From: an uncultured beta proteobacterium | Lineage (GTDB): Bacteria; Pseudomonadota; Gammaproteobacteria; Burkholderiales; SG8-41 | DNA length: 64,000 nucleotides | Direction: 5' to 3' | NCBI GenBank assembly: GCA_963829085.1 | Contig: CAWHHJ010000006.1 | Coordinates: 239,398-303,397 of the forward strand | Shown: positions 28,151-38,814 of the stretch, piece by piece | Numbering within the stretch: position 1 is the first letter of the stretch | How the letters are laid out: the number at the start of each line of letters is the position of its first letter | Program-made: the position numbers and the translations under genes | Notes under the pieces: model-generated | Database searches by the model: none | The model's input: only the letters and a program-made list of their open reading frames with translations | What the model was told of the DNA's origin: nothing

Positions 28151-28645
28151 ATGAAAATTAGGACATTGGAAGCGGACGAGGTCAGTCTTCATCGCGAACT
28201 TCGAATCCGGGCTTTGAATGATTCACCTCATTCTTTTGCCGAGACGGGTGCCGAGGCCGAAGCACGGCCATTTTCTTACTGGGAAGACTTGACGCGTTCG
28301 GTTACCGCGCCCGATCGTCATGTAATGTTCGTGGCTTTCGAAAGCGACGCCATTGTAGGCACAACGTACGGGCTTCTCGACAATGAAAGAAAGGATGTCG
28401 GTCGGATTGGTGGAATGTGGGTCGCCGCGTTACAGCGCAGACGCGGCGTTGGACGCGCTCTGTTGGCGGCAGTGCTGGTCTGGGCACGTGAACGTGGCCT
28501 CAAGCGTGTAAGCCTCTGGGCTCCAGCGTCAGAGTCTGCGGCGGTTGCGCTTTACTCCCGCGCAGGTTTCAAGGACACCGGACGTCAGCGCCCACTGCCG
28601 ACCAACGCCGAATTGCGGATCATCGAAATGGAGATTGACTTATGA
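28151..28645 (+). CDS. GNAT family N-acetyltransferase
   Basis: 164 aa; the acetyl-CoA motif region LQRRRGVGRALL is followed by YSRAGF. Confidence 0.8.
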   Translation: MKIRTLEADEVSLHRELRIRALNDSPHSFAETGAEAEARPFSYWEDLTRSVTAPDRHVMFVAFESDAIVGTTYGLLDNERKDVGRIGGMWVAALQRRRGVGRALLAAVLVWARERGLKRVSLWAPASESAAVALYSRAGFKDTGRQRPLPTNAELRIIEMEIDL

Positions 28646-28710
28646 AATGGAAAAGCTATCCAACGTGCGCTGAGATACTGAGCTGTGAGTGCCACGGCTC
28701 ATGTCGCCAT

Positions 28711-29694
28711 TCACTCGAACCGCGCACCCGATGACTTAATCACTTGTCCTACGCGCGTGTATTCTTTCTGGATGTACTTCGCGAACTCCGCCGGCGTGCT
28801 GCCCACTGGAATCACCGCTTCGGCTACCAGCCGATCGCTGATGTCGGGTGCGCGCGTCGCGGTCGCGATTTCACGGCTGAGCAAATCGATAACCGGCTGC
28901 GGCGTGCCTGCCGGTGCAACGATCCCGTACCATGAGCCGGATTCATAGTCAGGCACGCCCGCTTCCGCAACAGTCGGAACATCCGGAATGGCGGGCGAGC
29001 GTTTTGCACCTGTCATTGCAATAGCACGCAGGCGCCCCGCCTTTGCATGCGGCATCATTGCGACCGCGCTGGAGAACATGATCTGCACCTGTCCGCTCAA
29101 AAGATCGGTGGTCGCCGGACCGAGGCCTTTATAAGGCACGTGAACGAGATCCGTCTTCGTCATCATCTTGAAAAGTTCAGTCGCGAGATGCGTGGAGCTG
29201 CCGACACCGTTCGATGCGTAATTCAACTGACCGGGTTTCGCCTTCGCGAGCGCGATGAGCTGCTTGACGGAGGTTACGGGCAACGAAGGATGCACGACTA
29301 CGAGCAGCGGCGCTGATGCAATGAGACTGATCGGCGCGAAATCCTTGATCGGATCATAGGGCGGTTTCGCCTGCACGTTCGGAATAATGGCGAGCGCAGC
29401 GACGTTGCCCAGCAACAGCGTATAGCCGTCGGGCGGCGCCTTGGCGCCAATTTCAGCGCCGATCAAACCGCCCGCACCGGCGCGATTGTCGACCGCCACC
29501 TGCTGCTTTAACGCTACGGAAAGTTTTTGCGCAATCATGCGCGCGATCGTATCGTTGCCGCCGCCCGGCGGTTGCGGCACGACAAGACGAATCGGCTTGT
29601 TTGGATAGCTCTGAGCGTTCGCGCCGTCAGACAGCAGCGCCGCCAGCACCGCCAGCACCGCAGCGCAAAGCGCCACCGTTTTGTTACGGACCAT
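28711..29694 (-). CDS. Bug/TctC-family periplasmic solute receptor
   Basis: MVRNKTVALCAAVLAVLAALLSDGANAQSYPNKPIRLVVPQPPGGGND. Confidence 0.9.
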   Translation of the reverse strand: MVRNKTVALCAAVLAVLAALLSDGANAQSYPNKPIRLVVPQPPGGGNDTIARMIAQKLSVALKQQVAVDNRAGAGGLIGAEIGAKAPPDGYTLLLGNVAALAIIPNVQAKPPYDPIKDFAPISLIASAPLLVVVHPSLPVTSVKQLIALAKAKPGQLNYASNGVGSSTHLATELFKMMTKTDLVHVPYKGLGPATTDLLSGQVQIMFSSAVAMMPHAKAGRLRAIAMTGAKRSPAIPDVPTVAEAGVPDYESGSWYGIVAPAGTPQPVIDLLSREIATATRAPDISDRLVAEAVIPVGSTPAEFAKYIQKEYTRVGQVIKSSGARFE

Positions 29695-29764
29695 ACTCAC
29701 CTCATGATTGTGGGCGGGACTTCGCGTAGATGCCGCAAGCACCCCCTCACAGGTATCTCGTCGC

Positions 29765-31159
29765 TCACGCAAGCGCCATCAGTTCGGGTAATGTCGCCGC
29801 GTCCTGCAGTTTCTCCAACGACAGCATCGCATCGCGCAATTGTTCGACCTTCGTCCTGGGCAGTACGTGCCCGGCGAGTTTTTCAAATTTTTCCACGACA
29901 TCCGCCTCGCTTGCGAAGTTATGCTCGTTGCCGCGGCCCGCCTCGACAGTACGTTCCATGATCTTTCCATTTCTCAGATGGACTTCGACGCGCACGAGAT
30001 GGCGGAACTTTGACCCTTTGGCGGTAAACGCCTTGTCTTCGCGCACGTCGACTTTCGCGGCGAGCGCCATGCGTGCCGGATCAGCAACCATCGCCTCACT
30101 GAATTGATCGACGAAGCAATCGCCTTCGAGCAGCAGCGTCGCAACGCAATAAGGGAGATTGAGCTGCGCTGAAGTCAGCCCCTGCGGTGAGTACTTCCAG
30201 CCGACGTGCACCGCAGTTGCTTCAGTGCAGTAGACAATGATCTTTTCAACATCATTTGCGCCGAACGGATGCTCGGCCTGCATGAGACGAATCGCATCTA
30301 TCGTCGTGTGATTGCTTCCCACGCACGAGTAAAACTTGAGTGCAATGCCCATCGTTTGCCACACCTCACCGAAACCAGCCGTCAGCTCGTCGAGCTTGAA
30401 ACGATCGGTCGACCGCGAGAAAGTCGTGCAGAATCCGCCGTACTCGCTCTCGAACACGTTGATGATGCCGGTAAAGCCGGCTTCCGCGAGCAGCGCGCCG
30501 TAGAGACCGCTTTGCGACGAGCGACCGGCGTGCATGCGCTTTACCATTGCGCCAAACTGCGCTGCCATAAGGCCGGCGGCTTGCGTACCAGCAATGCCAA
30601 GCGCGTGCACAGTTTTCGTTGCATCGAGCTTAAGCCCGCGCGCGGCGCCGGCCGCCGCCGAAAATACGCCGAATGTTGCGCCGGTATGCCACCCTTGCGC
30701 GAGGTGCTCCGGACCCATGCAAATACCTACGCGAGGGCCGACCTCGTAACCGGCCACTGCAGAGGTTAGAAACTCTCTGCCGCTCATACCCTTCCTTGTT
30801 TCAGCAACCGCAATGAGCGCCGGCAGCACGACCGATCCCACATGAAGCATGCCCTGCCTGTGCACGTCATCGAGCTCAAATCCCTGCACCTGCGTACCAT
30901 TGGCGAGTGCGGCGTGCGGCGCGGACAAACGCAGACGGGTGCCCCAGACGCGACATGCCTGCGTGCTGTCGAGCGTGGCTAGACAACGCTGGAGAATCTC
31001 AGTCCATTCGAGGTTGGCGCCATAGATCGCGCAGCCAAGTGAATCGAGCATGAGTAGCTTAACGCGCTGCCTCACGTTCTCAGGAATCATTTCGTATTTG
31101 AGATTGGCGACAAACTCGGCAATGCCGCGCGTCTGCTTATTATCCTGCTGCGATTCCAT
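29765..31159 (-). CDS. MmgE/PrpD family protein (2-methylcitrate dehydratase-like)
   Basis: MESQQDNKQTRGIAEFVANLKYEMIPENVRQRVKLLMLDSLGCAIYG..., GFELDDVH, GWHTGATFGVFSAAAGAA, ALGIAGTQAAG. Confidence 0.88.
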   Translation of the reverse strand: MESQQDNKQTRGIAEFVANLKYEMIPENVRQRVKLLMLDSLGCAIYGANLEWTEILQRCLATLDSTQACRVWGTRLRLSAPHAALANGTQVQGFELDDVHRQGMLHVGSVVLPALIAVAETRKGMSGREFLTSAVAGYEVGPRVGICMGPEHLAQGWHTGATFGVFSAAAGAARGLKLDATKTVHALGIAGTQAAGLMAAQFGAMVKRMHAGRSSQSGLYGALLAEAGFTGIINVFESEYGGFCTTFSRSTDRFKLDELTAGFGEVWQTMGIALKFYSCVGSNHTTIDAIRLMQAEHPFGANDVEKIIVYCTEATAVHVGWKYSPQGLTSAQLNLPYCVATLLLEGDCFVDQFSEAMVADPARMALAAKVDVREDKAFTAKGSKFRHLVRVEVHLRNGKIMERTVEAGRGNEHNFASEADVVEKFEKLAGHVLPRTKVEQLRDAMLSLEKLQDAATLPELMALA

Positions 31160-31238
31160 GCAAGGTCCTTTATCGTTCAGTTGAACGTTGAGAGACAAGT
31201 CACAGCGCAGACAATCAGTGCTAGACGTATGTGACTCG

Positions 31239-32222
31239 TTATTCGGCCCGTATGCCGGCGCGCACGATGATCTTGTGCCACACATCGATCTCCTTGCGCA
31301 CAAGATCCAGCAGTTGCTGCGGTGTGCCGCCCGACGGCGTGAGGCCTTCCTGGCGAAAGCGCTCTTCCATATCCTTCTGGGCGATGATCTTCGTCACTTC
31401 ACCATTGATGCGATCGACAACCGGGCGCGGCAGTCCTTTCGGTCCGATGAGCGCCTGCCATACGAATGTTTCATATCCGGGAAGACCGGATTCGGCAACC
31501 GTTGGAATGTCCGGTTCAGCAGCGATGCGCTTCGCCGTAGTGACGGCGATCGCGCGTAAACGCCCGGATTTGACCAAGGGCAACGTCGACGAAACGCTGC
31601 CGAATATGAGGTTAGTTTGGCCCGCAATCGTGTCAGTCAAGGCGGGCCCGGTGCCCTTGTAGGGAATATGGTTCATCCTGATGCCGGCCATATACAGAAA
31701 AAGCTCGGTGGCAAGATGCACGCCGCTGCCCGCACCGCTGGTTGCGTAATTGATCTGACCGGGTCTCGCCTTTGCGAGCGCAATCAAATCGCGGGTCGTC
31801 TTCACCGGGAGCGAAGGATGGACGACGATCACGAACGGCCCGGTTGCCGCGAGGATGATCGGCGTGATATCGGCGATCGGATCGAACGTGAGCTTGTACA
31901 GCGTCGGCGACACCGGATAACTGGACGAAATCATGATCAGCGTATAACCGTCGGGCGCCGAACGCACGCCCGCCTCGACGCCGAGCACGCCGCCGGCACC
32001 GCCGCGATTCTCGACGATCACCTGTTGGCCCATTGACTCGCTCAACTTTTGTGCGAGCAGGCGGCCCATGAAATCGACGCCGCCGCCAGGCACGAACGGC
32101 ACGATGATGCGCACCGGTTTGGCAGGATAAGATTGGCTCCATGCAGACAACGCTAGCGCACTGAGGAGCGCGCCAGAGGCCCATCTCAGCGTCGAGAGTA
32201 ATGATGTGACGGGTGTTTTCAC
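31239..32222 (-). CDS. Bug/TctC-family periplasmic solute receptor
   Basis: ...ALALSAWSQSYPAKPVRIIVPFVPGGGVD. Confidence 0.9.
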   Translation of the reverse strand: MKTPVTSLLSTLRWASGALLSALALSAWSQSYPAKPVRIIVPFVPGGGVDFMGRLLAQKLSESMGQQVIVENRGGAGGVLGVEAGVRSAPDGYTLIMISSSYPVSPTLYKLTFDPIADITPIILAATGPFVIVVHPSLPVKTTRDLIALAKARPGQINYATSGAGSGVHLATELFLYMAGIRMNHIPYKGTGPALTDTIAGQTNLIFGSVSSTLPLVKSGRLRAIAVTTAKRIAAEPDIPTVAESGLPGYETFVWQALIGPKGLPRPVVDRINGEVTKIIAQKDMEERFRQEGLTPSGGTPQQLLDLVRKEIDVWHKIIVRAGIRAE

Positions 32223-32406
32223 GTGATGGCTCCAGCACCGCAGCGATTCTGCAAGCAGGCGATTATAAGGCGCGCGGAATACTGCTTCGCTGGCGGCAAC
32301 AGAAGATTGATGATTGCTCGGTCGATCGAGTCGAACAACGTGGCGCGTGTTGCAGGCGTGACAGCACTCATTTATGCTCGATGCCCGTCATATTCCGGGA
32401 ACGAGC

Positions 32407-33371
32407 GTGCGATATACGCGTGTCCTCGCGTCCGCGACCTGCATTGCCTTGTGCATCGCTGCGAATGCAATCGCCACGTATCCGGAGCGTCCGATCCGGA
32501 TCGTCGTCCCGCTTCCGGCGGGCACTTCGCCTGATATTTTGCGCGGCACCTCGCGCAAAAATTGGCGGCAAGACTTAAGCAACCGGTGATAGTCGAGAAC
32601 CGGCCGGGCGCCAATTCGGTCATCGGTACTGCGGTTGTCGCCAAGGCGAGTGCCGATGGTTACACGCTATTGAACGCGTCGGTTCAGCATGTGATGCTCA
32701 AGCCGCTGCTCGCGAACCTTGCGTTCGACCCGGACGCGGATTTCGTTCCAGTCGCGACGATCACGGCAACGGAGTTGATTCTGATCGTGCCGACTGCATC
32801 GCGTTTCGGTTCGACGCCCGAACTCGTCGCAGCGGCAAAATCCAAACCGGGCGAGTTGAACTTTGCCACGCCGGGCATCGGCAGTCCGGCACATATGGCG
32901 GTACAGGCGTTCCTCTCAGCAACGGGGACCGCCGCCCGTCACATTCCGATGAAAGGCTCTACGGAGAGTGTCACAGCCGTCGCGGGCAACCAGGTCGATT
33001 ACACGATCACTGCGATCACCAATGCGCTGCCGCTGATTCAAAGCGGTAAGCTAAAGCCGCTCGCGTCGACCGGACCCAAGCGCCACGAGCTGTTGCCCGC
33101 GATTCCCACGATGATAGAAGCGGTGCCGCCCGGGTTCGTATACGAAACCTGGCAAGCGCTTTTTGCGCCTGCAAACGTTCCGCGCAATGTGCTCGAACTG
33201 CTCAACCGGGAAGTGTTGCGCATACTGGGAGAATCCGACACGCGGGACTTCCTCGCCCGCTCGGGCAGTGGTCCGCGCCCACGCACGTTGCAGGAATCGG
33301 CTGAATTTGTGCGAGGCGAGGCGCGCACCGCAGTCAAGCTCGTCAAAGCGACCGGCGCCAGCGCGCAGTAG
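32407..33371 (+). pseudogene. Bug/TctC-family receptor, frameshifted at T-run 32537-32540
   Basis: The GTG at 32407 gives VRYTRVLASATCIALCIAANAIATYPERPIRIVVPLPAGTSPDI (frame of ORF 32374..32589). The adjacent frame continues (F)ARHLAQKLAARLKQPVIVENRPGANS... (ORF 32562..33371). One extra T would restore a single frame. Confidence 0.8.
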
Positions 33372-33406
33372 CCTTCAAATAGATCACATCGGCCGAGCGT
33401 ATCCTC

Positions 33407-34574
33407 ATGAGCGAGTTTAGTGCATCGACTGTGGCACGCCTTGTCAGCGCTTTCGATTCGAGCGGAATACATCGCATGTGCAGTCCCGGGGATTATGCGA
33501 GCGGTGAATGGCTTTGCAGCGAAGCGGCCGGACGCGGCGTCGAGATCTCGCGCATGCCCGTCCGCACTACACAAACGATTAATGAGGACGCGTACATCGA
33601 ATGCGACGGTCAGCGCATCGACGGTTTGCCGATGTTCGACTCGCCGTCGACCGGAAACGCAGTCCTGAAAGGAACACTTTGCGCATACGGGGAGCGGGGC
33701 GAAATTGCTTACCTCGAGCAGCCGCCAAACTCAGCCTCGATCAAAGGCATGTCTTTCGAAAATATGCGCCGCCAGGCGAAGCATGCGGCGATGGTCGTTA
33801 CGACGCGCGTGACGGGCGATTCTCTCGCGCCGATCAACGCGCAGTTCTACGACGCGCCATTCGGCTCGCCGGTCCTGCTGGTCGCCGGCATGCACCACGC
33901 ATTTCTTTCTGCATCACGCCGGTGCACATACGGAAATAACGCTGACGAGCAATCATCGACGCATTCCCGCCGAGTCATACAACATCAGTGCGCGTGTCGC
34001 ATCAGATAGCGCGGCGTCACCGTTGGTCGTACTGACGCCACGCACGGGATGGTGGGAATCAACGGCTGAACGCGCCGGCGGCATCGTCGCATGGCTGGCC
34101 GCTCTGTCGGCAGGTGCAGCTTTGCATCGGGAATCGCGCTTGCGCCGCGACGTAGTCGGTTTCGCAACCTGCGGTCATGAGCTCGGGCATCTCGGGCTCA
34201 ATGCTGTGCTCCAACAGCAGCAGCATCTTCTGAGCAGGGCCGCATGCTGGCTGCACCTCGGCGCAAACCTCGGCTGCGCGAGCAATGCGACGTTGTTTCT
34301 ACGCTCAACCGAGACCGCCGATTCCGAACACATGCGTGATCTGCTCGTGGCGGAAAGCTATCCCGTTGACGCCATCTGCATCGAACCTGTCAGTAAGGCT
34401 TCGGGCGAAGGACGCGACATCGTCGACCATGGCGGCAAGATACTTTCCATGGCGGGCAGCAACGCGCACTTTCACGCGGCGAGCGACCGCTGGCCCGGCA
34501 ACGTCAGCAGCTCGCGCACTGCGGCGATTGCGCGCGCAGTCGGCAACTGGATATGTGACAGCCGCATGGCCTAA
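33407..34574 (+). pseudogene. Hypothetical protein, frameshifted near 33900-33915; the C-terminal half has a weak aminopeptidase-like GHELGHLG motif
   Basis: ORF 33407..34009 is sensible up to ...GSPVLLVAGMHHAFL. The next frame reads HHAGAHTEITLTSNHRRIPAESYNISARVASDSAASPLVVLTPRTGWWESTAERAGG... and continues into ORF 34023..34574. Confidence 0.6.
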
Positions 34575-34589
34575 ATCCAGGCCTACACC

Positions 34590-35581
34590 TCAATCCGTCT
34601 TGAGGCCGAGGTCGGCGATGATCTTCGCGTACTTAGTGACGGTCGTCTTGATATAAAGCGCGAACTGTTCGGGCGTCGCGCTTGCGGGTTCGATGCCCTG
34701 ACTGTAGAACCGCTCTCTGATTTCGGGTTGCGCTACGATGCCGCTAATTTCTCGCGCCAGTTTGTTGATGATCGCCGGCGATGTTCCAGCGGGAGCGACG
34801 ACGCCATACCATTGCTCGGCTTCATATCCGCTCACGCCGCTTTCGGCCACCGTTGGCAGAGCCGGCAGTCGCGAGTAACGCTTCGCCGATCCGACAGCGA
34901 TGAAACGCAGGCGACCAGTGTCGACGTGCGGCGCAACGAGCCCGATGGTCGAGAAGGCGAACTGCACCTGTCCGGACAGCAGGTCGGCAAGACCCTGCGC
35001 GCCGCCTTTGTACGGGACATGCGTCGTCTTGATTCCTGCCAGTTGATCGAAAATTACCGCCGCAAGATGAGTGCCGGTGGCCGTGCCCCCGACGAAAAGT
35101 AGTTGAGATCACCGGGATGCGCCTTGGCGATCGCAATAAAGTCCCTCACCGATCGCGCCGGCAGCGCCGAATGGATGACGAGCGCAAGCGGCGCGGAAGC
35201 GACCAGCGCTACAGACGCATAATCGCGCACAAAATCGTACGGCGCCTTCGACGTCAGGCTCATGTTGATGGCTTGCGTTGTCACCGATGACATGAGCAGC
35301 GTGTAACCATCCGGCGGCGCCTTCGCAACAAACTCAGCGCCGATATTGCCGCCCGCGCCGAGCCGGTTGTCGATGACGACCTGCTTACCCCATATGTCAC
35401 TGAGCCTGCCGCCGACGATGCGTCCAACCACATCGAGCGCCCCGCCGGCTGCGAATGGAACTACGAGCCGAATCGGCTTGTCCGGATAAGTGGCAGCGCC
35501 GGGCTGAGCGTACGCGGCGGCCGATGAGATCGCCACAATCGCCGTAACAGTCAACGGCTGAACGCATAACCGTCTCAGCAT
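34590..35581 (-). pseudogene. Bug/TctC-family receptor, frameshifted at C5 run 35086-35090
   Basis: N-terminal half: MLRRLCVQPLTVTAIVAISSAAAYAQPGAATYPDKPIRLVVPFAAGGALD...AKAHPGDLNYFSSG (ORF 35054..35686). The next frame gives TATGTHLAAVIFDQLAGIKTTHVPYKGGAQGLADLLSGQVQFAFSTIG... (ORF 34590..34967). Confidence 0.8.
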
Positions 35582-35688
35582 GCGAAAAATCAGGGCCTCG
35601 ATTTCGTTGATCAATTCCGTTGTGGTGATGCGCTGCCGTCGCATGTTTCGAATGCTACTATGCCCCACGAAGAGGCTGATGTTCAAAC

Positions 35689-36609
35689 ATGGCTCTGATT
35701 GATCCGCGATCTGAATACGTAGTCACGCACCCCGGCACTTTCGCGCTGCAGGTGATCAAGGCCTTTCGCAAAAACCAGGGCATGCTGCTTGCCGGCGCCG
35801 TCGCATATTACACGCTGCTATCCATCGTACCGCTGCTGATACTGATCGTCATCGGGCTGTCACACTTTATCGAGCAGGCCGAGCTGCTCGCGACGCTGCG
35901 ACGCGCGCTCGAATGGATCGTTCCCGGCCAATCGAAAGCGCTCGTCGAGGAGCTTGCATCATTCGTCAACAACCGCGACGTTATCGGCGTGGTACTTCTG
36001 GTCACCATGATATTTTTCAGCTCGCTCGCATTTACGGTGCTCGAAAATGCGATTTCGGTGATCTTCCTGCACCGGATCGTCGAACGGCGGCGACGCATAA
36101 TCGTTTCGCTGATGCTGCCCTTTGGATATATCGCGTTCATAGGCGCAGCGCTGGTGGTCGGCACCTTCACGCTCGGCAATTTAATCGCTATCGGCGAAGA
36201 GCATCTCATTATCCTCGGCCACATGTGGTCGCTTGGCGGATTCTCCCGCTTCGCGCTGTACTGCGCCGGCGTCCTTGCAGAGATCATCCTCATCTCGTCG
36301 ATTTATTACTTCATGCCGGTGGGCAGGCTGACGCTCTCTCATGCGTTGATCGGCGGCGCGACGGCGGGACTGCTTTGGGAGATCGTCCGCCATACGCTGA
36401 GATGGTATTTCGGCTCGCTGTCGCAGGTGAGTGTAGTGTATGGCTCACTTACCACCGCAATCATCGCGCTGCTCAGTCTCGAGATCGCCGCGGCGCTGCT
36501 GTTGCTCGGGGCGCAGGTCATAGCAGAATACGAGCGGCTGGGAAGAGACGATGAAGAACCGGCGCCAAAAGTTACGACCGAGCCGGCGCCACAGAAGTCA
36601 CCGGGATAG
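35689..36609 (+). CDS. YihY/BrkB (virulence factor BrkB / formerly RNase BN) family membrane protein
   Basis: FALQVIKAFRKNQGMLLAGAVAYYTLLSIVPLLIL..., six hydrophobic segments, ...YGSLTTAIIALLSLEIAAALLLLGAQV. Confidence 0.8.
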   Translation: MALIDPRSEYVVTHPGTFALQVIKAFRKNQGMLLAGAVAYYTLLSIVPLLILIVIGLSHFIEQAELLATLRRALEWIVPGQSKALVEELASFVNNRDVIGVVLLVTMIFFSSLAFTVLENAISVIFLHRIVERRRRIIVSLMLPFGYIAFIGAALVVGTFTLGNLIAIGEEHLIILGHMWSLGGFSRFALYCAGVLAEIILISSIYYFMPVGRLTLSHALIGGATAGLLWEIVRHTLRWYFGSLSQVSVVYGSLTTAIIALLSLEIAAALLLLGAQVIAEYERLGRDDEEPAPKVTTEPAPQKSPG

Positions 36610-36690
36610 CCGCACAGACGTAGAATAGCGTGGAACCGAAGCCGCCGGCAGCGGTCTTTCAATTGCCCTTTACAACGTTAAGGCCACGCC

Positions 36691-37323
36691 ATGAATGCAC
36701 AGGAGCGCGAACTACTGACTTCTTTCCTCGACCAGATGGTGCAAGCGCAGGCCGGTCCGAAAGACATGGAAGCTGAAACCCTGATCAGAAACGCGGCAGC
36801 GCGCCAGCCGGATGCGCTGTATCTTCTGGTACAGCGCGCGATGCAGCTCGATTACGCGTTGAAAGCAACCCAGGCGGAAGCGGCAAAGCTGCAGAGTGAA
36901 CTGGATCAGGCGCGCGGCGATAGCCGCAGCGGTTTCCTCAACAATCCCAATGCATGGGGCCGCGGTGCGCCGGCCGCTGCACCATCAGCGTCAGCCGTGG
37001 CAACTGCCCAACCCAGACCGCAATCAGCAACTGCCGCGCCGCAGGCACCTGCGTCGTCGTGGGGATCGGGCATGCTCGGCAACGTCGCGACGACTGCCGC
37101 CGGCGTGGTCGCGGGCTCATTTCTGTTTCAAGGCATACAAGGTTTGATGGGCCACCACAATCAGGCAGCGAATGCGCTCTCGCCGCACTCGCTCGATAGC
37201 GTCGCAGGCAACGACTATGATAACAATCCGCCGCGCAATGACGCTTTGGATGACGTCGCGTCCGCTGATGATACTGACTATGCAGATTTCAGCGACTCGG
37301 GCGACTCGCTCGACTCCGCGTAG
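36691..37323 (+). CDS. DUF2076-like protein
   Basis: MNAQERELLTSFLDQMVQAQAGPKDMEAETLIRNAAARQPDALYLLVQRAMQLDYAL; coiled segment, low-complexity Ala/Pro linker, acidic tail. Confidence 0.65.
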   Translation: MNAQERELLTSFLDQMVQAQAGPKDMEAETLIRNAAARQPDALYLLVQRAMQLDYALKATQAEAAKLQSELDQARGDSRSGFLNNPNAWGRGAPAAAPSASAVATAQPRPQSATAAPQAPASSWGSGMLGNVATTAAGVVAGSFLFQGIQGLMGHHNQAANALSPHSLDSVAGNDYDNNPPRNDALDDVASADDTDYADFSDSGDSLDSA

Positions 37324-37357
37324 CAATTAACATTGCTTTACCAGAAGCGCGACGTCG

Positions 37358-38728
37358 TTACTGCCCGGCAGCCTGCATCGTTTCGTTCCTGATGACCTTG
37401 CCGCCTTTCATTACGAATTTGACGCGCTGAAGTTCCGTGATGTCGGCGAGCGGATCGCCGGAGACTGCAATGACGTCGGCGTACTTGCCCTTGTCGATCG
37501 AGCCGATGCGATCTGACCAGCCCATTGCTTCTGCATTGATCATGGTTCCGGATTGAATGGCTCTCGCCGCGCTCATGCCGGCACGTTTCACCAGCCACTC
37601 GAATTCGATCGCCTGACTTCCATGCGCAAATGTGGATCCATCGGCGCCACTACCCACCATTACCTTGATGCCGTTGGTAGCCGTCGCCATCGTCACGGCC
37701 TTCTCAAAAATCGGAATCATGCGGTACTTTCCGCCCGTATTCTTGCTGTCGTTGTCGTCCATATACGGTTCCGTATAGCGAACGATCGTCGGGTCATAGT
37801 AGAGACCCTTCTTCACCATCATGTCGGCCTGCTCCTGATTGAGGCCAAATGCGTGCTCGATGGTGTCGCATCCGGCAATGATTGCGTTCTTCTGTCCCTC
37901 GCCGCCATAGACATGGCACGCAGTCTTGTGGCCCAGACGATGCGTTTCATCAATCAGCGCCTGCAGTACCGGCATCGGATACGTGACGACATATTGCTGT
38001 TCGCCGCTTGCGCTGAATGAGTAGGCGCCTGCTGGAAAGAGCTTGATCCAGTCAGCGCCCCGTTCGATGTGCTCGCGCACCGCAGCTTGCGCTTGTTCGA
38101 CCGAGCGCACGACGTTGCTGCGCAGCGGGTTTTCCGTTTCGCTGCCGGCCGGCGTACTTCCCCATACGATGCCGCGGCCCGACACCTGGAAACGCGGACC
38201 ATCCAGCCGGCCTTCGTTGATCGCATTGCGAATGTCGATATCGGCATAGCCATTGCCGTGCGAGCTCATGTCGCGGGCCGCAGTGAAGCCGGCGCGCAGG
38301 TCCGCTTGCAGGTTATGGATAGCGATGAGTGTAGACGTCTCTCGCGACATGCCTGGTTTCGGATTGTTGAACATGTGCGTATGCGCATCGATAAGGCCCG
38401 GCAGCACCGTCGATTGAGACAGATCGATCACCTGCGCTCCGGCAGGAATCCTGATCTCAGATTCAGGACCGATCGCGGCGATACGCTCGCCCTCTATCAA
38501 TACAACTTGTTTGCTCAGTATGCGGCCGGTTTTACTGTCAAACAGTCGGCCTGCGCGAATTGCTATGGTTCGTGCAGCGGGAGCGCATTGCTGGACGCCG
38601 CCGTCGGATCCGACGCATGGCGTGGGGCCAGCACCGCGCCATGGCGCTGGCGGCACGGCAAGCTGCGCGCATACCGACGTCGCCAGCAACAAGGTGCCGA
38701 ATGCCGTCAACGCTGATGTATGTCGCAT
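37358..38728 (-). CDS. Exported amidohydrolase family protein (imidazolonepropionase/Xaa-Pro dipeptidase-like)
   Basis: MRHTSALTAFGTLLLATSVCAQ signal peptide. IAIRAGRLFDSKTGRIL..VLIEGERIAAIG...VLPGLIDAHTHM; C-terminal GSIDKGKYADVIAVSGDPL. Confidence 0.85.
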   Translation of the reverse strand: MRHTSALTAFGTLLLATSVCAQLAVPPAPWRGAGPTPCVGSDGGVQQCAPAARTIAIRAGRLFDSKTGRILSKQVVLIEGERIAAIGPESEIRIPAGAQVIDLSQSTVLPGLIDAHTHMFNNPKPGMSRETSTLIAIHNLQADLRAGFTAARDMSSHGNGYADIDIRNAINEGRLDGPRFQVSGRGIVWGSTPAGSETENPLRSNVVRSVEQAQAAVREHIERGADWIKLFPAGAYSFSASGEQQYVVTYPMPVLQALIDETHRLGHKTACHVYGGEGQKNAIIAGCDTIEHAFGLNQEQADMMVKKGLYYDPTIVRYTEPYMDDNDSKNTGGKYRMIPIFEKAVTMATATNGIKVMVGSGADGSTFAHGSQAIEFEWLVKRAGMSAARAIQSGTMINAEAMGWSDRIGSIDKGKYADVIAVSGDPLADITELQRVKFVMKGGKVIRNETMQAAGQ

Positions 38729-38814
38729 GAGACACCTCCGTTTCAAAGAATAGAAGATGAAGGGTATTACACGCTGCATCGTGTCGTAGTTCAAGAGCCG
38801 CTGTTGATGCAAGC

